Positions 20,372 to 28,186 of a stretch of DNA of 64,000 bases are shown piece by piece (within the stretch, counting starts at the first letter, position 1; each line of letters opens with the position of its first letter). The position numbers and the translations under genes are program-made. Location: the NCBI GenBank assembly GCA_031272545.1, contig JAISTP010000022.1, forward strand, positions 1,533-65,532, in the 5' to 3' direction. The DNA is from Bacilli bacterium. Lineage in GTDB: Bacteria; Bacillota_I; Bacilli_A; JAJDGJ01. A model generated the notes under the pieces. It made no database searches. It was not told the origin of the DNA and saw only the letters and a program-made list of their open reading frames with translations.

Positions 20372-21271
20372 TTATAAATCATATGGTACTTCTTGATATA
20401 CATAATAATTTAACCAATTATTATAGAAAGTACTTGCATTACTAACCCAATTATAATTAATAAGAGTTTCTTCTTCATTAAGATAGTAATGTAATGGTTT
20501 TAAAACATCTTCATTATTAATATCTCTTAAATATTCCTTTTCTAAAGTATCTTTATCATATTCATAATGACCAAAAACAAATAATTGTTTATTATCTTTG
20601 CTTTTAACTAAATGAATTCCTGCTTCCTTAGAATAAGCTAATATTTCTAAATTACTATTTCTTTTTATTTGATCAGGATTACTTTGAGTAAGACGAGAAT
20701 GACATACTTCAAAAATATCATCACTTCCAATAAATAACTGATCATTAGGTTTGACTTTATAATGCTTAAAAACACCAAATAATTTTTGTTTAAAATTATC
20801 TTTTTTAATATCATAGAAATAGTTTAAGGCAAATTGCGCTGAATAACAAATAAACATTGAAGTAAAAACATTATCTATAGACCACTTTAATATCTCTTTT
20901 AATTCATCATAGTAATTAACTTCATTAAAATCAAGATGTTCAATAGGAGCGCCTGTCACAATAAGAGCATCAAATTTCTTATGCTTAATTTCTTCAAAAC
21001 TTTTATAAAAAGTTTTTAAATATTTTAAAGAAGTATTCTTTGGTTTGTGTGATTTTATAGCTAATAAAGTAATATTTATTTGAATAATATTATTACTAAG
21101 CTTCTTAAGTAATTGATTTTCAGTACTAATTTTGTCAGGCATTAAATTTAAAATAATAATTTCTAAAGGTCTAATATCTTGATGAAAAGCTTTAATATCA
21201 TTCATCACAAAAACATTATGTTTTTTTAAATAACTAGATGCAGGTAAATCTTTATTAATTATAACAGGCAT
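20372..21271 (-). CDS. metA: Homoserine O-acyltransferase (MetA family)
   Basis: MetA N-terminus (MPVIINKDLPA..L...NVFVM......HQDIRPLEI.ILNLMP). About 300 aa. Confidence 0.9.
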   Translation of the reverse strand: MPVIINKDLPASSYLKKHNVFVMNDIKAFHQDIRPLEIIILNLMPDKISTENQLLKKLSNNIIQINITLLAIKSHKPKNTSLKYLKTFYKSFEEIKHKKFDALIVTGAPIEHLDFNEVNYYDELKEILKWSIDNVFTSMFICYSAQFALNYFYDIKKDNFKQKLFGVFKHYKVKPNDQLFIGSDDIFEVCHSRLTQSNPDQIKRNSNLEILAYSKEAGIHLVKSKDNKQLFVFGHYEYDKDTLEKEYLRDINNEDVLKPLHYYLNEEETLINYNWVSNASTFYNNWLNYYVYQEVPYDL

Positions 21272-21272
21272 C

Positions 21273-22550
21273 TTATTTACTCTTATCTAATGCTTGAATA
21301 AAATCAGCTTTAATATCTTCAATATTTTCAATACCTACAGAAACTCTAATTAAATTTTCACTTACACCACTAGCTAATAATTCATCACCACTTAATTGAC
21401 GATGAGTTGTGCTAGCTGGATGAGTTACAATAGTTCTAACATCACCAACATTTGCCGCATGAATACCTAATTCAAGAGAATTAATAAACTTTTTACCAGC
21501 TTCTAATCCACCTTTAATACCAAAAGCCAAAATTCCACTACTACCTAAAGGTAGATATTTACTTGCAAGTTCATAATTAGGATGAGATTTTAATCCTGGA
21601 TATTTAACCCATTCTACTTGTGGGGAAGATTCAAGAAACTCAGCTAAAGCTAGAGCATTTTGTGAATGTCTTTCTAAACGAAGATGTAATGTTTGAAGTC
21701 CAGTAGTTAAAAGAAAAGCATTAAATGGACTAAGGCTTGGCCCGTAATCTCTTAATCCTTTAGCTCTTACATAAAGGCCATAAGCTGCTTCTTTAAATGT
21801 TTCACTAAAATTTAAACCATGATATGAGCTATCAGGAGTAGTTAAATGAGAAAATTTATCATCTTTATTCCAATCAAAGTTACCGCCATCAATGATAACG
21901 CCACCTACTACTTGACCATGACCACCAAGATATTTAGTAGCACTATAGACAACAATATTAGCTCCATGATCTAGAGGTTTAAATAAATAAGGAGTAAAAG
22001 TATTATCAATAACTAATGGTAAATGATTTTCTTTAGCAAGCTTACTAAATTTTTCATAATCTAAAACTGGTACTGTTGGATTACCTATAGTTTCCGCAAA
22101 TATTAATTTAGTATTAGCTTTAATTTCTTTATTTAATTCTTCATAACTAGCTTCTTGATTAACGAAAGTAGTTTCAATACCTAAATCTTTTAATTGATTA
22201 TTTAATAAAGAAGTTGTCCCTCCATAAATAGAATTACTAGCGATTATATGATCACCAGCTTTAACTAATGAAATAATTGCTAGAAAAATAGCTGCTGCTC
22301 CACTTGAAGTGCTAATACCAGCTACGCCTCCCTCTAATTTTGCGACTACATCAGAAAAAGCATCATAAGTAGGATTAGTTAAGCGTGAATAAATATTTCC
22401 AGTTACCTTTAAATCAAAAAGGTCAGCTCCATGATCAGCATCATTGAAAAAATAAGCTGAAGTTGGATAAATAGGGCGAACAATTGAATTTGTTTCATCC
22501 CCTCTAAAAAATTGATGTACTGCATCTGTTGCATAATTGTGTTTTGACAT
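21273..22550 (-). CDS. metY: O-acetylhomoserine aminocarboxypropyltransferase (sulfhydrylase), PLP-dependent
   Basis: Cys/Met-metabolism PLP family with the lysine motif SATKYLGGHG. 425 aa. Confidence 0.9.
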   Translation of the reverse strand: MSKHNYATDAVHQFFRGDETNSIVRPIYPTSAYFFNDADHGADLFDLKVTGNIYSRLTNPTYDAFSDVVAKLEGGVAGISTSSGAAAIFLAIISLVKAGDHIIASNSIYGGTTSLLNNQLKDLGIETTFVNQEASYEELNKEIKANTKLIFAETIGNPTVPVLDYEKFSKLAKENHLPLVIDNTFTPYLFKPLDHGANIVVYSATKYLGGHGQVVGGVIIDGGNFDWNKDDKFSHLTTPDSSYHGLNFSETFKEAAYGLYVRAKGLRDYGPSLSPFNAFLLTTGLQTLHLRLERHSQNALALAEFLESSPQVEWVKYPGLKSHPNYELASKYLPLGSSGILAFGIKGGLEAGKKFINSLELGIHAANVGDVRTIVTHPASTTHRQLSGDELLASGVSENLIRVSVGIENIEDIKADFIQALDKSK

Positions 22551-22603
22551 GTTTTGTCATCCTTTCTAAAATAATTTTTTCTACTTGATGAAGTACACAG
22601 TTA

Positions 22604-22874
22604 TAAAAAAAGTCCTTCATCCTCTAATAAGGACGAAAGACTTCGTGTTACCACCTTAGTTTATAAGTATTTCACAATACTTACCTCATCAAGTACTCTG
22701 TTCAATGACAGGTTATACTCTAGCACGATAATGGGTGCAACCATACTAGCCTAACATATTATTATGCTCGGTAGTCCGCTCCAAAGCCATTTTCATTATT
22801 GTTCACTTATCTAGTTTCACCAAACCTAGACTCTCTATAAAGTTAGTAATAATTACTTTCTTTTTCATTGCGTT
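22604..22874 (-). promoter_or_regulatory. T-box riboswitch leader of the metY-metA-yitJ-metH operon (probable Met specifier)
   Basis: The minus-strand RNA contains AGAGAG (AG bulge), distal loop TTTGGTGAAAC, T-box core AACTAAGGTGGTAACACGAAG, and a terminator GTCTTTCGTCC..GGATGAAGGAC plus T7 (22604-22641). An ATGA tetranucleotide lies on the 3' side of Stem I. The specifier was not verified by folding. Confidence 0.8.
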
Positions 22875-22880
22875 GCAATT

Positions 22881-22909
22881 ATTCTATATCTTTATAACAT
22901 CTTTGTCAA
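22881..22909 (-). promoter_or_regulatory. Sigma-A-type promoter of the met T-box leader
   Basis: Minus strand TTGACA, 17 nt, TAGAAT. Confidence 0.65.
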
Positions 22910-22938
22910 CATAAAAAGTAATTTTTTTAATTTTTTAC

Positions 22939-22980
22939 GATTAACTTATGATAATGTTTTAGGTATTAACTTTTGAAAAT
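22939..22980 (-). promoter_or_regulatory. Conserved 42-nt upstream motif, copy 1 (shared with the asnA upstream region)
   Basis: GATTAACTTATGATAATGTTTTAGGTATTAACTTTTGAAAAT matches 42912-42953 at 35/42 positions in an ungapped hand alignment. It starts about 29 nt upstream of the -35 box. Confidence 0.4.
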
Positions 22981-23024
22981 AGCTTAAATCAGTTATCATC
23001 TTTTAATAAAAACATAAAAGTAAT

Positions 23025-23054
23025 AAAAAAGTTCTTGAAGCATTCAAGAACTTT
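23025..23054 (-). terminator. Intrinsic terminator ending the arg operon
   Basis: Minus strand AGTTCTTGAA-TGCT-TTCAAGAACT followed by T6. Confidence 0.7.
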
Positions 23055-23056
23055 AA

Positions 23057-23161
23057 TTAGTTATACATGAAATAACAAATTAAACCTATTATTATGACAA
23101 TAGTTATTAAGATAAAACGTACTATCTTATAACCAATAAATAATTCAATTAATTTCTTCAT
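23057..23161 (-). CDS. 34-aa hydrophobic peptide (single TM) at the 3' end of the arg operon
   Basis: My own translation gives MKKLIELFIGYKIVRFILITIVIIIGLICYFMYN. SD AAAGGAGA lies 7 nt upstream and a terminator immediately follows the stop. Below the ORF-track size cut-off. Confidence 0.4.
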   Translation of the reverse strand: MKKLIELFIGYKIVRFILITIVIIIGLICYFMYN

Positions 23162-23228
23162 AATATCATTTCTCCTTTACAAGGATAATATAACATAAAT
23201 TTAATTAATATTAAATACTTATTTTCTA

Positions 23229-24560
23229 TTATTTATTGTTATTATCTAACCAATTCTTATTTAAATTACGTTTATTAAAACAATTTTCTAAAGATATCTC
23301 TTGATAAATATCATCTTCAAAAAATGATGATACTTCTTGATATTTATTTAAAGGTAATGTTGAAAAATCTAAATCCTGTTCTAAACAATAAGCAACTAAT
23401 TTTCCAACTATTTGATAGGCTTCACGAAATGGAACTCCTTTTTTTGCTAGGTAATCCGCCACATCTGTTGCATTAATAAATCCTTTATGAGCTGCTTCTT
23501 TCATATTATCTTTTAACACTTTCATACTTGATAACATCGGAATGAATGTTTTTAAACATATCTTAACAGTATCAATACTATCAAAGATAGCTTCTTTATC
23601 TTCTTGCATATCTTTATTATAGGCTAAAGGCAGAGCTTTAAGCATCGTCAACAAAGCAATACTATTACCATAAACACGTCCTGTTTTACCACGGACTAAT
23701 TCCGCAATATCAGGATTTTTCTTTTGAGGCATAATTGATGAACCTGTCGCAAAAGCATCATCTAATTCAATATACTTAAATTCATTTGAACACCAAAGTA
23801 CTATTTCTTCACTAAATCTAGATAAATGCATCATAATAATATTAATAGCACTAGCTAGTTCTAAACAATAATCACGATCAGAAACAGCGTCCATGGTATT
23901 GATCATAGGTTTATTAAAACCAAGTAATGAACTAGTTTCTTCTTGACTAATAGGATGAGTAGTACCAGCTAAAGCACCAGCACCTAATGGGCTTTCATTC
24001 ATTCGATTATAACAATCATCAAGTCTTGTAATATCACGTTTGAACATTTGAACATAAGCATCTAAATGAATTGCTAAACTTATTGGTTGTGCTTTTTGTA
24101 AATGAGTATATCCACTCATAATAGTATTCTCATGTTCTAAACATAATTTATTTAAAACTAATAGTAATTCTTTTAAATATTTCTTAATATTATTAATTTC
24201 TTTTTTTACATATAATCTTAAATCTAAAGCTACTTGATCATTTCTACTTCTAGCTGTATGTAATTTCTTACCTAAAGTTCCTAATCTTTTAGTTAATTCC
24301 TGTTCAATAAAAGAATGAATATCTTCGGCATCTTTAATTTCTAATTTATCACTATCTATATCTTTTAAAATATTATTTAATTCATCAATAATCTTATTAC
24401 TTTCTTCTTTATCAATAATATTACAATCACCTAACATAGTTACATGCGCAATAGAACCAATAATATCTTCATAATATAGTCTTTTATCAAAAGGTAATGA
24501 TGAATTAAAATCATTAACATCTTGATTTAATTCTTTACTAAAACGTCCTTTCCATAACAT
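23229..24560 (-). CDS. argH: Argininosuccinate lyase
   Basis: Fumarate-lyase signature GSSIMPQKKNPD and the ArgH N-terminus (LWKGRFS). Confidence 0.95.
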   Translation of the reverse strand: MLWKGRFSKELNQDVNDFNSSLPFDKRLYYEDIIGSIAHVTMLGDCNIIDKEESNKIIDELNNILKDIDSDKLEIKDAEDIHSFIEQELTKRLGTLGKKLHTARSRNDQVALDLRLYVKKEINNIKKYLKELLLVLNKLCLEHENTIMSGYTHLQKAQPISLAIHLDAYVQMFKRDITRLDDCYNRMNESPLGAGALAGTTHPISQEETSSLLGFNKPMINTMDAVSDRDYCLELASAINIIMMHLSRFSEEIVLWCSNEFKYIELDDAFATGSSIMPQKKNPDIAELVRGKTGRVYGNSIALLTMLKALPLAYNKDMQEDKEAIFDSIDTVKICLKTFIPMLSSMKVLKDNMKEAAHKGFINATDVADYLAKKGVPFREAYQIVGKLVAYCLEQDLDFSTLPLNKYQEVSSFFEDDIYQEISLENCFNKRNLNKNWLDNNNK

Positions 24561-24562
24561 AA

Positions 24563-25801
24563 TTACTTTTCCTTTCCATCAATATCTTCAGTTAATTTAT
24601 TTTTTAATAAACCTAATGTTTTCATTTCTAAACCATATATTTTAAGAAAACCAGAACTATCTTTTTGATTAAAAATATCATCTTCTTCAAAAGTTGCTAG
24701 TTCTTGTGAATGTAAAGAATATTTTGATTTTAATCCAGCTACTATCATATTACCTTTATATAATTTAAGTTTTACTACACCGCTAACATGTTCTTGAGTC
24801 TTATCCACAAAGACATCTAATGCTTCTTTTAATGGAGTAAACCAATGACCAGTATAAACAAGTTGTGCATATTCTTGGGCTACAAAGTTTTTAAAATGAG
24901 TAGTACTCTTATCTAAACAAAGACTTTCTAATAATTCATGAGCACGATATAACAAAGTCGCTCCAGGTGATTCAGATACACTATGTGCTTTCATACCAAT
25001 AATTCTATTAGCGACAATATCTAATATCCCAATACCATGTTTACCTGCTATTTCATTTAATTTCTTTACTAAAGATAAGCTATCTAAATATTCATCATTT
25101 ACTTTAATAGGTAATCCTTTTTCAAATTCAATACTAATATATTCAGCTTCATCACTTGCTTTTTCAGGAGTATTACATAATTCCATATATTCCCAATTAG
25201 GTTCATTACTTGGATCTTCTAATTCCATCCCTTCATGTGATAAATGCCATAAATTTAAATCTTTTGAATAATTCTTTTCTCTGCTAATACCATTTAATTT
25301 AATATTATGCTTTTCACAATAATCAAATTCATCACTTCTTGAAGTTAATTCCCATTCACGCCAAGGTGCTATTATTTTGATATTAGGAGCTAAATTCATA
25401 ATACTTAATTCAAATCTAACTTGATCATTACCTTTACCAGTGGCTCCATGACAAATAGCATCAGCATGTTCTTTATTGGCGATTTCTACTAATTTTTGGG
25501 CAATTAATGGTCTAGCAAGTGGAGTACCCATTGTATACCCTTCATATTTAGCACCCGCTTTTAAAGCTTTAAAACAATAATTATCAATAAATTCTTTTTG
25601 TGCATCAATGACAATTAATTTATCTAAACCACTACTATTAGCTCTTTTATTAATATTACTTAATTCACTAGTTTGACCAACATTAACACATACACCAATA
25701 ACAAAAGGATTATTATAATTTTCTTTTAACCATGGCACAATAACTGATGTATCTAGTCCACCACTATATGCCAAAACTACTTTTTTAATATTATTACTCA
25801 T
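24563..25801 (-). CDS. argG: Argininosuccinate synthase
   Basis: AYSGGLDTS PP-loop. The ATG at 25801 follows GGGGGAAAAG and overlaps the upstream stop (ATGAGTAA). Confidence 0.95.
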   Translation of the reverse strand: MSNNIKKVVLAYSGGLDTSVIVPWLKENYNNPFVIGVCVNVGQTSELSNINKRANSSGLDKLIVIDAQKEFIDNYCFKALKAGAKYEGYTMGTPLARPLIAQKLVEIANKEHADAICHGATGKGNDQVRFELSIMNLAPNIKIIAPWREWELTSRSDEFDYCEKHNIKLNGISREKNYSKDLNLWHLSHEGMELEDPSNEPNWEYMELCNTPEKASDEAEYISIEFEKGLPIKVNDEYLDSLSLVKKLNEIAGKHGIGILDIVANRIIGMKAHSVSESPGATLLYRAHELLESLCLDKSTTHFKNFVAQEYAQLVYTGHWFTPLKEALDVFVDKTQEHVSGVVKLKLYKGNMIVAGLKSKYSLHSQELATFEEDDIFNQKDSSGFLKIYGLEMKTLGLLKNKLTEDIDGKEK

Positions 25802-26288
25802 CTTCTTTTCCCCCATTAAAATATATTTGTTTATTTCCAGTTAATCTAGCCCAATAATCAGTCCCATACTCAAAATGCCACCATTCATTATAAAAGTTAA
25901 TAAAACCTTCATCTTTCATTAAAGAACATAATAATTCACGATTAGCTTTAACTTCATCATTAATATAATATTCAGTAGCTTGAGTACCGTCAAAACAAAG
26001 ATAATCACTACCCATATCTTTATCTAATAATGCAATATCTACTGCGCCTCCAGTAACATGAACCGCTTTGCTTGGTATTGCAATATATTTATGGACTTGT
26101 TCATCACTCATATCAGGATGTTCTTCTTTAAATTTATTAAACATAGCTATTTGTTTTTCAATAGGGCGATAGCCTTCATAAAGAATTATTTTATGATTTT
26201 TTGCAACTCTTTTTAACTTTTCATAAACTTCTTCTTGAAGATATTGTGTAGTATAAGTAATTATATTTTTATCATCTACTTTAATCAC
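25794..26288 (-). CDS. M15-family zinc D-Ala-D-Ala dipeptidase/carboxypeptidase-like protein (VanX/VanY fold)
   Basis: HxxGxAxD (VHVTGGAVD) and EWWHFEY motifs. GTG start at 26288 with SD AAGGAGA 6 nt upstream. Overlaps both neighbouring genes by 8 nt. Confidence 0.75.
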   Translation of the reverse strand: MIKVDDKNIITYTTQYLQEEVYEKLKRVAKNHKIILYEGYRPIEKQIAMFNKFKEEHPDMSDEQVHKYIAIPSKAVHVTGGAVDIALLDKDMGSDYLCFDGTQATEYYINDEVKANRELLCSLMKDEGFINFYNEWWHFEYGTDYWARLTGNKQIYFNGGKEDE

Positions 26289-27900
26289 AATTAATCTCCT
26301 TTACATTTAAAGCTTGTCCCATTATTAACATGGCTTCCGCAATACCTAAACCATTAGAAAATTCTTGTAAAGTAATAATATCATTATCAAATAAACAAAC
26401 TTCATCATCATATTTACAATCAATACCTGTTACATCTATCATACAAATATCCATACAAACTTTACCTATTATTGGCGCTTTCTTGCCATTAACAATGACA
26501 AAACCTTTATTAGATAAATTTTTTCCAATACCATCCGCATAACCACCACTAATAGTTGCGACTTTGGTTTCTTTATCTGTTTTATATGTTCTATTATAAC
26601 CAACATAATAATCTTTTGGTAAAGTAGTTATTTGAATAATCTTACTAGTTAATTTTAAAGCTGGTTTTAAAGATACATATTTTTTTAAATGTTCTTCAGG
26701 ATAATAACCATATAAAATTAAACCTATTCTTGCCATATTACAATGATCCTGTGGTTGAACAAACGAAGCTGAAGAACAACCAGAATGTTTATATTTTATT
26801 TCACCTAGGATACTTTGTGCTATATCAATACATTCAAGAAATATTTTTGTTTGCATATTAGAATACTCAATATCTTCAATAGCTTCACTTTCAGTACAAC
26901 AATAATGCATAAATATTCCATCTACTTTTATATTTTTTAATTCTTTTATTTTCTTACAAAATTCTAATAAATCTTGTGGTAAAATACCTAACATTCCTGA
27001 ACCTGCTTCAATATTTAAATGAACTTTAGTTCCCCCTTCATCATTTAATTGTTCTAGAAATTCAATATTATTACTTACAGCTATTTGAAATTTATGACTA
27101 ACTATTTCAGGAATATCTTCAAAACAAGGTTGATACATTAAGAAAACATCACCTTTATAATATTGTTTTAATTTAATAGCTTCAGCTAAAGTCGCAACAC
27201 CAGCAATACGAGAATTCTTGATCACTTTCGCAATAGCTTCAAAACCAATTCCATAAGCATGTCCCTTAACAACAGGCATAACTTCCATTTTAATAGCATT
27301 TTCTATATTCTTTAAATTATCTTTCATAGCTTTAATATCAACTAATAAATTTGTTGGATTAAACATAGTACTCTTCTCCTTATCAAATAACATATATATT
27401 CTATAATCATCACTTGTATTACCATTACCTTTCTGTATTAAAGGTAATTCTTCAAAACCCATTCTTTTATGTAAAGCAATACTTGGCACATTATCTGTTT
27501 TAGTTCTCATTAATATTTTATTAACAGGGCATTGTTTGATTGTTTCTTCTAATAATTTCTTGGCGATATTATTACCTCGATCTGATTTAATTACGCCTAA
27601 CTCTGAATGATAATATACTTCTGTTGGTTTATTAAAATAGTTTTTAACTTCATTAGAAATATATTCATCATATAATAATGGTCTAGATCCCGCAAAACCA
27701 ACTAATTTTTTATTTTTATAGGCAAATAAAAGAAAACCTGTTTTTAGATGGTTACTATAAATATCCCATAATTCTTCATCAGAGTATTTAATAAAATACG
27801 GTGCACTTCCAAAACATTCATCAAATAATTTAGGAAAACCTTTATTAAATTCTTCTTTTAATTCTTGTTCATCTTTTAATCTTTTAATTTCAATATCCAT
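26281..27900 (-). CDS. Fusion protein: N-terminal GNAT acetyltransferase plus C-terminal alanine-racemase-fold PLP enzyme
   Basis: Residues ~1-175 are GNAT (DRGNNIAKKLL motif A, ALHKRMGFEE). Residues ~180-539 are Alr-like (VVKGHAYGIG PLP-lysine motif, GGYADG, GKVCMD). Confidence 0.8.
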   Translation of the reverse strand: MDIEIKRLKDEQELKEEFNKGFPKLFDECFGSAPYFIKYSDEELWDIYSNHLKTGFLLFAYKNKKLVGFAGSRPLLYDEYISNEVKNYFNKPTEVYYHSELGVIKSDRGNNIAKKLLEETIKQCPVNKILMRTKTDNVPSIALHKRMGFEELPLIQKGNGNTSDDYRIYMLFDKEKSTMFNPTNLLVDIKAMKDNLKNIENAIKMEVMPVVKGHAYGIGFEAIAKVIKNSRIAGVATLAEAIKLKQYYKGDVFLMYQPCFEDIPEIVSHKFQIAVSNNIEFLEQLNDEGGTKVHLNIEAGSGMLGILPQDLLEFCKKIKELKNIKVDGIFMHYCCTESEAIEDIEYSNMQTKIFLECIDIAQSILGEIKYKHSGCSSASFVQPQDHCNMARIGLILYGYYPEEHLKKYVSLKPALKLTSKIIQITTLPKDYYVGYNRTYKTDKETKVATISGGYADGIGKNLSNKGFVIVNGKKAPIIGKVCMDICMIDVTGIDCKYDDEVCLFDNDIITLQEFSNGLGIAEAMLIMGQALNVKEINCD

Positions 27901-27914
27901 ATTATTACCTCCCT

Positions 27915-27956
27915 AATAAAAAATGACGTTACTCACTTATTTGAATAACGTCATTT
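27915..27956 (-). terminator. Leader terminator (attenuator) 10 nt upstream of the SD of the GNAT-racemase gene
   Basis: Minus strand AATGACGTTATTC-AAATAAGT-GAGTAACGTCATT (13 bp including one G-U) followed by a T-run, then TAGGGAGG and the ATG. Confidence 0.7.
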
Positions 27957-27995
27957 AAATTGTTCATTAACTACAAAAATATTATCTTTTTGTCT

Positions 27996-28079
27996 TTACA
28001 AGTCACAATGAAATACGACGCATCCATTATAACGGCGTCGAACTACGATATTTACATTATTATTAATTAAATTAATCAT
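27996..28079 (-). CDS. Candidate leader peptide (27 aa) with three consecutive Arg codons
   Basis: My own translation gives MINLINNNVNIVVRRRYNGCVVFHCDL. SD AAGGAGA is upstream. The Arg codons are CGA CGC CGT, in a genome where Arg appears mostly AGA-encoded, and they form the 5' arm of a CGACGC/GCGTCG hairpin. Confidence 0.4.
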   Translation of the reverse strand: MINLINNNVNIVVRRRYNGCVVFHCDL

Positions 28080-28107
28080 AGTTATTATCTCCTTTACTTG
28101 ATGCTTT

Positions 28108-28138
28108 ATAATATAAAGGTTTCTTAAATATTTGTCAA
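28108..28138 (-). promoter_or_regulatory. Promoter of the Arg-leader transcript
   Basis: Minus strand TTGACA (28133-28138) followed about 17-19 nt later by TATATTAT. Confidence 0.45.
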
Positions 28139-28162
28139 GATAAATTTATTTAATGTTATAAT
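28132..28162 (+). promoter_or_regulatory. Promoter of the decarboxylase gene
   Basis: TTGTCA (28132-28137) and extended -10 TGTTATAAT (28154-28162). The -35 overlaps the divergent TTGACA. Confidence 0.45.
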
Positions 28163-28186
28163 TTCTACAATGAAAGGAAGATATTA

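Noticed and set aside
22604-22874. SAM (S-box) riboswitch expected in front of a methionine operon.
   Set aside because: The leader shows the T-box core GGTGGTAACACG, an AGAGAG bulge and a GGTGAAA distal loop, not S-box helices. It was called as a T-box.
25794-27900. Possible vancomycin-resistance (van) cluster, because of VanX-like and racemase genes.
   Set aside because: No vanH/vanA-type dehydrogenase-ligase pair and no vanRS lie nearby. The genes are co-translated with argGH, and the only ligase (58255-59457) looks like a Ddl. It is treated as an unusual metabolic operon instead.
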